From Octopus sinensis (taxonomy: Eukaryota), in the NCBI RefSeq assembly GCF_006345805.1, contig NC_043000.1:129704001-129768000 (forward strand): 64,000 nucleotides of DNA, written 5' to 3'. A program made the position numbers and the translations under genes. Below the pieces are notes generated by a model that had not been told where the DNA came from, did no database searches, and saw only the letters and a list, made by a program, of their open reading frames with translations. Shown here piece after piece: positions 39,401-53,370 of this stretch (the first letter of the stretch is position 1; each line of letters opens with the position of its first letter).

Positions 39401-39976
39401 TGATGAATGTCTATTTATGGTAAAATCAGTTTCTATAACCCGGCTATTTCCAAGTAATTCTCTCTGGAGCAGTTTTACTCAATGTTTCAAGATAACGAAA
39501 GGCTTGTCAGTTTACACGAACAAATGTTTTAAGAGACCCTGGTGGTTTCTATTTTGTTTTTACCTTTTGAATTGACTAGGCGTGCGGTAGTATATTTTTA
39601 GTTAGTAAAATGGATAATTGAACTCGATAAGATAAGGAAAGAAGACCCAACAGAAACAGAAACACGAATAAATAAACAAATAAACAAGAAAACAAAATAT
39701 ATTTAAAGACATTTTTGGAAGAGGCTCATACATGCTGTCAATATATTCACATACGAATAGTAACAAATAGAATCAACTACAAAGATGAAAATGTAACAAT
39801 ATATGTCAATACGCCATTTTGAAATTTAGACAGAGAAACGAGAGCTAATATACACGACATGATGCATAAACACATTAGATCATATATAAATGTGCATTAC
39901 ATATACGTCATGCATACATATATGCACGCACACTACATATCTAAAACAAAGTATATCAGTACAGTACAGTTATATA

Positions 39977-40018
<42 letters not shown>

Positions 40019-40122
40019 CCTCTTTGTTCCTCCACCTCTCTCTCTCTTCTCCCTCTTTCCCTCTATACATACATAAAGTAAAATTATATGTATATAATTT
40101 TAGTCACAGGAAGTCAGAAACA

Positions 40123-40173
<51 letters not shown>

Positions 40174-40300
40174 TCCAGTGTAGCAAAAACATTTAGAAAA
40201 TTTCTTTACTACCAGTGGTCTAGCGAGACGAAATATTAATCAATAGACTATATATTATTCATATAAAAATACACTGTACATTTAAATACATAAGTGATAA

Positions 40301-40587
40301 CCATAACAGGACATCTTACCCGCTAGAAGGAGAAGTTAAACTCCAAACCACTATTAGGGGTTATTTTCGAAAGGGAATGAAAACTAAAAATATTTACCAT
40401 CTATTTCCTATACCATGGTTTCAAGCCTTCTTCAGCAAATAAATAAATTTACTTGGCGAAGCTCTCGTCAGTAGGAAAGCTAAGACAGAGGATAAATGCT
40501 TTTATTTTTCATTCCCTTTCGAAATTACCCCGAATAGTGGTTTGGAGTTTAACTACTCCTTCTAGCGGGTCAGATGTCTTGTGATGG
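40301..40587. mobile_element. MITE with ~88-bp TIRs
   Basis: 40301-40389 matches the reverse complement of 40500-40587 (gacatct.acccgctagaaggag.agttaaactccaaaccactatt.ggggt...ttcgaaagggaatgaaaa). Confidence 0.85.
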
Positions 40588-41157
40588 CCATCTATTATGT
40601 GTTTAAATGTACATTGTATTATATATACATAAATATATACACGTGAAAAACTGTAAAATTCGAATACAAGCATACAGATACTGAGAATTAACCTCATTGA
40701 ATCTCATTAGCTACACTCTACACATTTGTTAGCGTATGTACAATAGCAAAGACATTTTATAGACTTCGCACTTTCATAATAAACAGACTCCAACAATTAC
40801 AAATACATACACAAATGGATATATATCCATACTCACAAGAGCGTTATCACAAAGAAAGGTGCTAATAGCCGCAGGGTAAATGAAGAACGAATGCAAGATT
40901 AGGGAATGTAAGTTTGTTTATCTCTAGATTACACTGCTGCAAGTCATAAAGTACAGACACCAATGTAATCAGTATATGCTGAGTCTTGGCGGTGAAGGGA
41001 GACAAAATTGAAGGCGCGTGGCCTATATGTTAGGGTGTTGCACTCACGATTGAAAGGTCGTAGTTTCGATTTCTGGATCAGGCGGTGCGTTGTTTTCTTG
41101 GGCAAAATGCTTCATTTGACTTTGCTCATGCCCACCTAACTGTCGACCCGTAGTGAA

Positions 41158-41436
41158 GGCCTAGTACTTATTCTATCGGTCACTTTTGCCGAACCGCTAA
41201 GTTACGGGGACGTAAACACACCAGCATCGGTTGTCAAGCGATGTTTGGGGGTGGGCACAGACACACAAACACACACATATATACATACATATATACGATG
41301 AGCTTCTTTCAGTTTCCGTCTGCCAAATCCACTCGCAAGGCTTTGGTCAGCCCGAGGCTATAGTAGAAAACACTTGCCCCAGGTTCCACGCAGTGGGACT
41401 GAACCCGGAACCATGTGGTTGGTAAGCAAGCTACTT
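41158..41436 (-). mobile_element. SINE family B (partial)
   Basis: Homology to the other family B copies. A diverged family C-like head lies at ~41015-41130. Confidence 0.85.
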
Positions 41437-41619
41437 TTATTCACATAGTTTGCCACAAAGGCAGTACACAGAGTAGCTGCGCGCTGGGCAAGGACAGTAA
41501 TGTGATGAGGATGATAACGATAAAAATGAATAAAAATGGGAGGAGCACCGGTGCCCGCCGACCGAGGAGTGGCTGTGTGGTAAGCTACTTACCACTCCTG
41601 CGCCTATAGAATTTCATAA

Positions 41620-41680
41620 TGCATCGGCCGGGAATCGAACCCGGGGCGCCCGTGTGGCAGGTGAGCATTCTACCACTGAA
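41620..41680 (-). pseudogene. tRNA-Gly(GCC) pseudogene lacking the first 10 nt
   Basis: Minus strand TTCAGTGGTAGAATGCTCACCTGCCACACGGGCGCCCCGGGTTCGATTCCCGGCCGATGCA matches invertebrate tRNA-Gly-GCC from the D arm on. The 5' acceptor strand is absent and the anticodon stem has two mismatches. Confidence 0.85.
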
Positions 41681-42290
41681 ATATCCCGTACTTAAAAATC
41701 CCGTACTAAACGTTTTCCCGCAAACGTTAATCCACGGAGAGTCAACTTTATAGAACTCCTCCTCTACCGATGTTCGATGTCATCCAGTAGATGGGAAAGA
41801 CTAAAGAAGGTTATGACCACAGATTCTGCTTCTCGGTTCAAAATAGAGAATTCCAAAATAGATTTTTGATAATGGGAGAATTAAAACAGAGTTTCCTCCA
41901 GTTTTTATTTTTCACAAAAGAGAGATATTACTAATACAAAAACTTAACCGCGAGGCGCATTAACAACTATCATGTAATGTCAAGACAAGGTCACACATAC
42001 AGGCACTCACATGCATATAGAAAAAAAAACACACACACACACGATCCTACAAGCAAGACTCTTTATTTCACGAAATGAATTGCAACGATACTGGTGCCAA
42101 ACTGTATAGACCTTTACGTTTCCATTGGATAGCATCAGTAGCATGGAGAGGGGAGGGTGGTATACATGGCCGACTCCTGGTCTTCCATAAACTAACTTGT
42201 GATTCGGAGGATTACTTTCTCGGTGCAATCCCATGGTCATTCTTGACCGAAGCATGTTTTTACCCTTTACACACACACAGATATATATAT

Positions 42291-42340
<50 letters not shown>

Positions 42341-42777
42341 GTATATGTTAGAAGAAATGAGGTACTCAGAAAATCGGATGGTTTATACTTTTACAGATAT
42401 TTATTTGTATATTACATTTTTTATACATCATATAACTTAGATCATGTATTAGCGCTCTCTCCCATTTTTTGTGGCAAGTTATATATAAAGACATTTTAAC
42501 ATTAATCTGAAGAATTACTAAACGCATGTTAGTAGAATGTGTTAATCAAACTCTTAGAAGAGGGATAAGAGTGACATCGAGGTTTCGGCCCGGCATTTCA
42601 TACATACATTAACTTCATAATCTCCATTTTCTTCTGCCTTTCAATATATATATATGTATATATATATATATTTATATATATATATATACATACATATAAT
42701 AGGTATATTTATATAACATGTTTTCTGTGTGTGTGAGACTTCGATGGTCACTACAATTTTCTTATATACATACATGC

Positions 42778-42808
<31 letters not shown>

Positions 42809-43082
42809 CATTTATATGTATATCCATATATATAGTTAAAATTTATAGAAAAACAAGAGACGAAGACAAGTGTATGAACAACGTGTGTGTATGCGCGTGT
42901 GTACGTAAATATATATACGTACGTGTGTGTGGGTGTGTACGTACCGAGAAGGTTTGTAAACCATTTTATTTAAGACATTTTAATTGTATTGTATGAATAG
43001 GCCCTTGTGGCCAAACAAGGAAATTTCTGTAACTATTCCACCTCCTCCTTTCTTTTACCTTTTTCTTCTCTTTCTTCTTTTC

Positions 43083-43199
<117 letters not shown>

Positions 43200-44185
43200 G
43201 CCATTGAGAAAAGACACTATTAGGGAAAAGGCACTTACTAGCATAACTATATTTAAACAAGCTTTATGGCTTCTACAAAGAATACAAAGAATAAGCAAAA
43301 ACAAAACTGTGCGAAATATGGAACTAAAAGCCATTGCATTTATATAACAACAGGAAGAGCTACAAACTGCGGTATTTGCGAACATTTCTGAAACGAAATA
43401 AATGGTACAGACATGCCTTATATATAATATATATATATATATATCGAATGTTTTAAATTTTATATGGTATAACTATACGTTAAGGCAGTGAATAGCTCTG
43501 AGAAATGTAGATGCAAGCAGGGACAAAGAGACTGCAAAAATGGGGAGGATGGAGAGAGCGCATATACATATGCATCTCCCCCATTCACCCAGATAGATAG
43601 ATAGATGGGTTGAGGGATAGATAGATATTGATGTAAATATAGATAGATAGATAGATATATAAATGTATATATGTATGCATGAATTAATGTAGAAGACGGG
43701 CGAAACCTGTACTTGCAAGATTCGAACTTCGCATCGACTCAGGCAGGTAAGCCGTTTAGATATGTAAAATTTGAAGGCATAACCTAAGTAGTTTGCTCGG
43801 TAGATAAATGGGGATTTAGGTAAATATGCACACACACAGACGCATATATATACACATTATGTAACGCGGAAAAACTACAGAAATAACCTCTTAAGGATAG
43901 GGATTTTCGGAATTCTTGATTATTCTTAGGTTTAACTAGATACATAGTTAAACCTGTCTGTAAATTGATATTGTGTGAAATAGATATACGGAAATCTATA
44001 GGAAAGGAACGGAAAAATTGTATTAGAAAAGATATTTCCACTATTTTGCTCTTTCAGCTTTGTACTTAAGGCAAAAATTATTCACGCACGTTTCGTTGTG
44101 TGAATATAGAAATATAAAATGGGAGTCATACGTATAGAATAATACCACTACGCTTCACACACATACACAATCCCCACGATACATA

Positions 44186-44245
<60 letters not shown>

Positions 44246-44953
44246 TTGCACATACATAGGGAATGTAATTGGGAGAGACAAAGAATGTGGAAAAGAGAGG
44301 GAGACAGAGAGAGAGTGACAAATAGACTTTTACAAGGAACACATAAATACAAATAATGAGGATTCTAAAAATGGATGTTTATAAGTATGAATGTGTGTGT
44401 GCATGTACATACACACTCAAACATATATATACATACATAATTTATCTATACAAGCACGCACGATCGCATACGCTCACACAGACATACACAATTTGCTAAA
44501 TTATTTTAATGAATAAATGCTATATTTAATAACATTTCCTCGATAACTATGCAACCGCCGCGATAAATGATTCTATGACTTTTGGCTCCAGACGCTAGGA
44601 AACTTATACCAACCTGACTATTGAATTAAATAAACTGACAGTCACAGCTGGCCTCTCTCCAAGGCTACAAAACTAATGACAACCGTATACAGGTTCACAC
44701 GCTTACATGTACACAAGCACTGATATACATACACAAATATATACGCACACACACATATACACACATATATTTATATTTATATATATATATACATATGTAT
44801 TTATGCACTCTTACATACGTATATAAATATGCATAGATTTAGATCAATTTTTCCTGTAGAGATATTCTACAGAAAATAAAATTCTGCTCTTTTTTTTATA
44901 TTTCCGTTTAAGTTTCTTGTCGTTTTGTTACAACACTGTAGTTCACAAATCCG

Positions 44954-44996
44954 TCATCAACGTTTCAAGATTTTCTTAGTCTTATCTTCAAGATGA
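44954..44996 (-). ncRNA. Minimal hammerhead-like motif (Penelope-type end)
   Basis: Minus strand UCAUC-UUGAAGA-U-AAGA(loop)UCUU-GAAAC-GUU-GAUGA, with a perfect 5-bp stem I and C3 replaced by U. Confidence 0.5.
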
Positions 44997-45240
44997 AGTG
45001 ATGTTGGAGTGCTCACTGAGTTGTCATAACAGGCAGGCCGATGTGGCAGGTCGGTTTGTGTAGATGAAACTACAATGATGATTTACACACGTTGCTAAGG
45101 TGTTTAGCTTAATGAACTTATTCTTTCCGAAGGAAAATATGAAAAACGAAAATCATAAAAATCTAAAAAAGTGAATACAAGAGTAATTTCTGTGTAACTT
45201 AAATGCGTGTAAATACACACACACACATATATATATATAT

Positions 45241-45243
<3 letters not shown>

Positions 45244-45306
<63 letters not shown>
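45244..45306. repeat. (GA)n microsatellite
   Basis: Direct inspection. Confidence 0.95.
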
Positions 45307-45310
<4 letters not shown>

Positions 45311-46186
45311 AGAACTAGATGTAAGATATGTTCATATACGCGTACGCTCACATACACTGTATGTGCAGCTCTCAACAAGGTCATTTTTGTGGAAGAATAT
45401 TTGCTGTCCATACATCCCTATGCCATCGATGTTATTAAATGGGAAGTCGCAGCTTTATTACCGAATCAGCATGGCACCAAATATTACGCAAGTGTTGGTG
45501 TCAGACCACAAAAGCAATAAATACCAGGAAGTATTTTATCCAACATTCTAAGGAGTAAGCCAGTTTTTCTTCATTCTCTTCCTTTATTTTATTTCTCCTT
45601 CTGATGACGCACTACCACCCAAAACGTCAAATCTATGTTCGTTCTTTTTAAGTGCTAAATTGATTCAAGATTTGTTAAAACTTGCCCTTCTCGTGTCAAT
45701 TTTTCTGTGTGCATTGCCTTCATAATTATATATATATATATAACTTATATAATTTAGACATATTTCGAACAGTGCTGGCTCAGGTTATATTTGTCTCTTT
45801 CAGTCAAATTCGATTATCAGACTTCGATAAAATAAGTATCATACAAAAATATTTCTGGAACAGTATGACTGGAACCTATATTGTTTATCTAATATGTATA
45901 TCTAACCACCGTATACATCATATGGAACATATCTTTATATGCACACATGTATCTAAACCTACAAAAGATATCCAAACACACTACGACTTTTCAATCACCT
46001 AAGGTATCTAAACCCACATTGCCTATCCAAACATACAACTTATATGGAAACAAACAAAGCGTACTGAAAATCTTAACATATATCTAAGCAAACGACATAT
46101 ATTCAAGTACATGGCATATTTTTAAATACGATAGATATATCAAACATATATACACGCTAACACATCATATCACTTCACTCGTAATC

Positions 46187-46437
46187 TATTTCCTTACTAC
46201 CCACAAGGGGCTAAACACAGAGGGGACAAACAAGGACAGACAAAGGGATTAAGTCGATTATATCGACCCCAGTGCGTAACTGGTAATTGTTTAATCGACC
46301 CCGAAAGGATGAAAGGCAAAGTCGACCTCGGCGGTATTTGAACTCAGAACGTAACGGCAGACGAAATACGGCTACGCATTTTGCCCGGTGTGCTAACGTT
46401 TCTGCCAGCTCGCCGCCTTTATGCCAGCTCGCTACCT
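46187..46437 (-). mobile_element. SINE family A (single unit) with 17-bp TSD
   Basis: tcacttcactcgtaatc at 46170-46186 and 46438-46454. Short tandem duplication of the 5' head (tgccagctcg twice). Confidence 0.9.
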
Positions 46438-48588
46438 TCACTTCACTCGTAATCGATGACCACATTCAAAGCTCGAGAGTGTCCTCTATATTTTAGTAGA
46501 AGAAAACACGGTTGGTATTTTAACCGACTTTTCAAAATTGTTGCTACTGTTGTTTAACCGTTATTCACGTTCTATGCCAGGCGTTGCCATCTCACCTTAT
46601 TTAATACATTCTTTAATATCATTCAACTACGGTAGTAGTTGAATAATATTTTTAAGGGCGCACTTCACTCACACGTAGCATCTTTCAGAGCTTGTCGCCA
46701 ACTCAGCCCTTATCCAAATTGTCTATTAACTATTAACATTTTTTAAGAAGACTGGTCCCTAGGTACATTTTGGCATATAAAATTGAGATTTGATCCAGTA
46801 GAAAAAATTTACATCAAAATTTGTATCAACGTCATAGGAGACTAAGTAATGCCACCAATCAAGTTTAGATCTAAATAACTTTTTTAATTTTAACAACAAA
46901 AAATATATATATCTTAGCTTCAATGATAGACGAAAGCAGGAGTAATTTCAAAGTTTCGTTCCCTTGCAACAAACATTTGTATAAAAATGTTGGGAGGTAA
47001 AATATAAGGCAAAAAATTGAACTTAAGTATATATTTTAAAAACAAACTGTATTTCAATTAAGCTTAAATCTAGAGCTCAACTGAAGGAATTTCATGGTAT
47101 CAATTTTATGCAATAAAGTTTTAAAAGAAAAAAGTTATGAGTGTTTGTTTCTCAAATTTGAGGGTGATAATATAGTTCTGGCGTCATTGAGTTAAGGAAA
47201 AAATTATCAACGACACCGCTAATTGACACATTATCAAATAGCATAATAGTATAGCCTTGAAAAAACGTGTATTACATGGAAAAATGCGAGCAAGAGAATT
47301 AATATTCTTAAGATTATAAACGATTATAAAAGATTTTCCATGTAATTCAATATCTGCAGGTATAACAGAATCTCAGTGTTAGGCCACGAAATTTAATGCA
47401 ACGAAAGTGTTCTAATTCTATCTCTTTTAGATTCATTTTTTAATATCACTTCCATTTTGTTTTGTTTTTCATTCTACTTTTCTTATTATTTTGTTTTAAT
47501 ACCAATTTTTTTTTCTTTTACTAATGCAATACAATCAAATTTTCTTTTACATATTTTAAAGATGTTAGGGAAATTATTTCAGGGAAATTTAGCTGTTGTT
47601 TCTAGCAGGTCGAGCTGCAACAAAGCGGGTCCTTTTTTTTTTTATTTCTGTGCTTTTGGCTTTCAATTCAAACTCACGGATTTAAATAATTCAAAAGCTT
47701 TCAGCCAGGAATGGAATCAGGATCTCAGTATTGACTCACTCGGAGTTGACCTACGAAACACAACAATACTCACTTCAGTAACCTTTAAAGAATGTAATAA
47801 TGTTTTACTGAACTACTTGAAATAATATCGATTTTTCCTTCTTCTTTCTCTAATTTCTTTTTCTCCTCCTGCTCCTCCTCTTCCTCTCTCTCCCCACCTC
47901 CTTATAGATCATCAGTATCATTATCATGAACAACTTTCTCTTCATTTTATCCTATGCCATCTTGAATTCTTACCCCCCTAGCCCCACCGACACACATACA
48001 CTTCCGCCAACGCCACCTTGTAAAAGATATCTGATAAAGTAGATTAACAAAAGAGATTTATACTGAAATTGTAATCAAAACCAGAATCAGTATAATTCTA
48101 ATTAAAAAAGTCAAGTAATTATCAGCTTCTGTGTCAGATTCTACTAAACAAAGGATTCTCGTTACTCTTCTTTCTATTTACGCATATAACCACATTAAAA
48201 AAACAACAACAAGAACATATACTAGACCAATTAGAAGACAATATTACACCATTGCAGAACAAAAAGCAAATTCTAAAATATATAAAGAAATTACTAAAAC
48301 ATCTTAGAGTTCAGTTGCTTTTGTTATCTTTTAATTTTTATTTAATTTCTTTATGAGAATTGTCTCATCTAATGTCTCTTGATTCCAGTCACTGCCGATT
48401 GGTGCCAAATGTTAATTCTAAAGATAAATACAGTTTTTTTTTTAGATCTGACTTTCTCAAATTGCTTGGATTAGTCTGCGTAAAGAAGTTAATTCCATAT
48501 GTTAAAAAAAAAAAAATACGTTGCCATATTCCGTAACTGATTCCATGGTGAAACGCCACATGTAAATAGATTAATGAATGTAGGTTTC

Positions 48589-48655
<67 letters not shown>

Positions 48656-48819
48656 CAGACAGATAGATAGATAGATAGATATAAATATATATATATATAT
48701 AGATAAATAGGTTGATAGATAGATAGATAGATACTTCGAAAGCTGAATTTTATCGAGAAGAGATAGGGATAAGAAAATGGGTCGATAATATCTTTAATAA
48801 TGAATCAGTATATTGAAAC

Positions 48820-49020
48820 TAAGGCAACGAGCTAGCAGAATCATTAGAGCATCAGATAAAAATGCATAACAGCATTTCTTACGATTCTTTGGTTCCGAGT
48901 TCAAATCTCGCCGACAACAACTTTGTCTTTCGTTACTTCGGAGTCGATAAAATAAAGTACCAGTCAAGTACTGGAGTCAGTTAATCAACTTGTCCTCACC
49001 TTCACCTCAAAAATTGCTGG
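48820..49020 (+). mobile_element. Diverged SINE A-related copy
   Basis: ggcaacgagctagcagaatcattagagc...gagttcaaatctcgcc...gtcgataaaataaagtaccag. Confidence 0.7.
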
Positions 49021-50225
49021 CTTTGTATCCTGCAATGGCGTCCTGTTGAGGGAAATATTATGGTCTGGATCACTTGTACGCCCTGGAAACCGGGTAACCG
49101 GTCTTGTGAATTGAAACAGAGATCAGCTAGAAAACGAAACCATGTGTCAGGGGATTATTTAGTGTCACGATGAATATTTTCCTTCTTTTTGTGTGTGAAA
49201 TGGCGAGGTCAGTTAGATATTGTGATATTCGTAGTTTTTACCTAAGGGCACGTGAAATGTAGGGGAAGTAACTATTAACCAAGAATTGAAAATGATCACT
49301 AAATCTCCCAATAGCTTTTCTCCGAAGTAGTAAATTTTCTTTATCGTAGCAAATACACAGAATTTCATATTTTTTCATCAATCACGTGGTCAATGAAATC
49401 CGGAGGAAACAAAACAAGAAAACGAAAATCGAATTTAACTTATTGGCAAACACTCAGAGGCTAAGACTTCTTCTTCTTCTTCTTCCTCCTCCTCCTCCTC
49501 CTCCACCCCACCACTACAGCTACTCCTACCGCTGCTTCTGCTGCTGCTGCTGCGGCGGTGGCTGAGGAACTTCTGAACTAGTAAGCAGCGTTTCACATCC
49601 GCATGTACCATCACCTGCCTCTTTCATTTCTGTTTTTGTTTTTCCTTTCATTATCCAGAATGTAACTCCTCCACAGACTCCGTATTAAAAAATTTCTTTA
49701 ATATTTCTTTCCCGGTGCCTTTTTGTTTGTCTACAGGTTATCGATCTCTAGAAGTCAAAACTGAACATCGACGACATCGATCTTACTAGTCCGGAAGGAG
49801 GTTATAAAGGTCACGAACACTCCCTCTCTACCCCCTCCACTGCACTGTCATCATCACCCTCATCACCACCACCACCACCACCACCATCACTTTTACCTTC
49901 CCTCGACTAATTAATAAAAATATATAAAAAAACGAAGTATACAGGAGAGTCAATTTAATCGATGACATCCATATCTTATATAATCTGTTTCTGTGCCAAA
50001 GCAAAGAAATATCAGAAAGACGCACACATCAAATTTGTTTAGAATATTCCTGACATACACATACCCACGCACTCACTCACACATACATGAATATATAACG
50101 TTTTAATGATAGAACGCGAAGTAGACGAAACTATAAATAAGAGTTTTTGCCCAATAGTAAGACGTCTGTCATGTCTGCGACTTTTTATATTCACTGGATA
50201 TTTTAACCCAATGTTTACACGCTAT

Positions 50226-50258
<33 letters not shown>

Positions 50259-50314
50259 TATATATATCTGCACGCATTTTTTCTCTCCTTCTTTCTGTGT
50301 TTCTTCTCTGTATA

Positions 50315-50352
50315 TCTTTCTGTTGAAGAGCGTAGGCTCGAAACGTTAAAGA
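50315..50352 (+). ncRNA. Minimal hammerhead-like motif (Penelope-type end)
   Basis: UCUUU-CUGUUGA-A-GAGC(GUAG)GCUC-GAAAC-GUU-AAAGA. Stems I and II are perfect and the core has A6U. Confidence 0.55.
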
Positions 50353-50480
50353 CTTGTTTTATTTATATTTCCTGAGCGCCATACTAATACAATTGTTTGT
50401 TTGTATTCCACCTGCCTTCGTCTTTTGTTTATTTCCGTAAACCTGCCTTCGTCTTTTGTCTATTTTCATAAAGCTTCCCG

Positions 50481-50518
<38 letters not shown>

Positions 50519-50801
50519 CTTTATCTACTTCGAATCTCACCATTAAAAACGAACAATTTTACATCTCTAAAAGATTTAAATTCTTATGACGCATTATTTG
50601 GTGAACCGTGGGTAGACACACAAACACAGAGAGATACACGAACTGTACCAAATTTTCGGGTCCTAGGACAGCAGCAGCGATAACGGAAGGTGAGGATGGG
50701 GTTGAGGGGAAGGTCACACTGTTATTATGAACAATGACACACACAAAGCATACACATATAGTGAGAGAGAGAGATAAAGAGATAGATAGATAGATAGATA
50801 G

Positions 50802-50860
<59 letters not shown>

Positions 50861-51949
50861 CACACACAGATTCAACAGATGAGATAGAGAGAATCTCAAT
50901 GTGGAAAACAGTTAACAGAGCTGAAGTGATTTGAACGTACACTCCACTATATTCATTCCACCTTTAAATTTCTCTGCATTATGATCTAATAGGTCAGACT
51001 CTTAATTCTCCACCCTGATAAAGGAGGCTAGCTTTTTCCAATGTTCATTTGCTTCCATTACTGGTTACAAACGTTTGGTGAATTTCACTTGCCAGCATTA
51101 TTAAGTAATTCCGAGATCCCTGAAACAGCAGTTGGACTTATAACACCATACTTTCTCCCTGCTCATTCTTTGAGTTAATGTAATCTGAGTGTTTGCTTTC
51201 CCTCCTGTCTGTGTCTGTCCGTCTCTGTCTGTCTCTCTCTCCCTATATATTTATATACTTGAATGTTAATTATCTGAAAATTTTGAGTCTTTGTCTCCTC
51301 TTTATACATGTATATATATATATATATTCTGTACATTAAACCCAAGGAATTTTATCTGTTTATTTGCATCATACTCTCTCTCCCACTATATATCTCGTTC
51401 CCTTATGTATGTTTACATTTTATCCATTTGTACGACATCTAAAAACCTTTCTCTATATCTCACTTCTGTCTTTCTCTTTCTCGCCTTCGCCATGCGCCAT
51501 TGCTTCTTTGCTAAGCCATTTGGGCGCTCTCTGTCTCTTCCCCCCTCTTCCTTCCATCCTCTTTAATTCCTTCTTTCTCTCTCTCTCTTACTCTCACGTG
51601 ACCTGGTTAATCATTGGGGCCCTCTGTCTTCCACCCTCTTTAATTCCTTCTCTCTCTTTCTCTCTCTCTACCCTCTTGTGACCCGCTGCTTAACAAGCCA
51701 TTTCGTTGGTGACCGCAGCCCGCTCAACATCGTTCCCCCTCTGCCGAAAAGGCAATTTTTTTCCAAACACGCCTGCTAGATAAGTTAAATTTGTCTCAAT
51801 TTGTCTAAAGTCGTAAGACACCTGCTGTTATCTTGTTATTACCATTCTTGTTTTTATTTTTATTTTTGTTTTCGTTTTTTGTATTTATATTCGTGTGGCT
51901 TTTTCTGTCATTGTTGTGTTTACATTCGTTCCTTTTTCCAAGAAATCTA

Positions 51950-52130
51950 ATGCTCACAGCTTAGTTTTTCCTTGGGGCTGGCCGCGTTGGAGCAAATATC
52001 AGAATTAATCAGCCGAAATTTGCTATGATGATCCGGTTTCTGACTGAAGATTAAAGGCTTCGAATGACCCGTCTGTTTTCTGTGTTCGTCCCTTTGTGCA
52101 TTTCACGTTCTTGTTTCTTTATATATAATG
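51950..52130 (+). mobile_element. Probable Penelope-like 3' end fragment
   Basis: ctgaagattaaaggcttcgaatgacccg resembles the minus-strand UTR of the 11101-11600 relic (aaaacttcgaatgatccg) and is followed by a T-rich tail and (TA)n. Confidence 0.35.
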
Positions 52131-52136
52131 TTTATA

Positions 52137-52219
<83 letters not shown>

Positions 52220-52355
52220 GGGTATACGTATTTGTACTTGATGTATGTTCCTATTTATAAACAAAAAGAAACTGAGAGAACCAGGTATTCTAAATTCATT
52301 AATGTATAAAAATACATTCACAAAGTAAAATGTATAAGACACGCACACATACACA

Positions 52356-52414
<59 letters not shown>

Positions 52415-53370
52415 GTATGTATGTATGTATTTATATATATACGAGTGAGTGTGAGTCTGCAGGACATATATGAGTACAGGATATATATGGGTGTATGTAT
52501 GTATGTACGTTGAGTATGTGTGTGCGTATATATATATGTATGTATTTATATATGTGTGTGTGTGTGTGCAGGACATATATGGATGTATGTATGTAAGTTG
52601 AGTATGGGTGTATATATATATATATGTATTTGTACATATAGATGTAAAATATTTACATACATCTCTAAATTCAAATTATAACGTGTAAATTTCCTTTAGT
52701 AGTAGTTGTGTTGGTGGTGCTGGTGTTGGTGGTGCTGGTGTTGGTGGTGGCATCTAGAAAATAAATGGGTTGTGAGAGGGAAACACGGAAGTGCAACGAG
52801 ATGGGGTGGGAAGAGAACGGGGAGGTTGGGAGGAAAATATATAGAAGTAAACAAGATGAACGGAAAAGAAAATAACCAAGGAAACAGACGAAGAAGAAGA
52901 TGATAAAGAAGAGAAGGAAGAAGAAGAAAAGGGGGAAAAAGGAAAAGAATAGGGTGCAAAGCAATGAGCTACGCATTAGGAATGAGATTAGTGGAGGAAG
53001 GAGCAAAAGCCAAACGTAATCATTATCAGATTATATCTTGAGTAGGTTATTCTGCTGACTGACTTACTTCCAGCTGGCTGTTCATCAAGACCTCTTTACT
53101 GATCAATAAATGGGGTCAGGGTTGATTGTATGCCAGTGGTTGAGGGTGGGGTAGGTAGGTAGAGTGGGGTTGCGAGGTGACGGTGTATGTGCGTTACATG
53201 ACTTATTGACCTAATCTAGCAATATCGATGAGTTGAGACAGTCGACACCTTTCATTTGCGATGTGTTAATGTAATAACATTGCATTAATAAATATATGGG
53301 AGAGAAACTCGGGTGTAGTTGTTAGGGATACTAGAAATAAGAACTAAATTCCCTCAACTCGTACTGTACC

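Noticed and set aside
40411-40435. Minus-strand CUGAAGA..GAAACCAUGGUA
   Set aside because: No formable stem II and weak stem I. Noted only as a possible decayed remnant.
43708-43740. tRNA-like T arm (GTTCGAATC on the minus strand)
   Set aside because: No D arm, anticodon arm or acceptor stem, just an isolated B-box-like word.
49737-49812. Strong plus-strand acceptor followed by a possible exon
   Set aside because: Stops in all three frames and only a weak donor.
52044-52075. CUGAAGA..GAAUGACCCGUC hammerhead variant
   Set aside because: Non-canonical A15.1 position and stem II overlaps the core.
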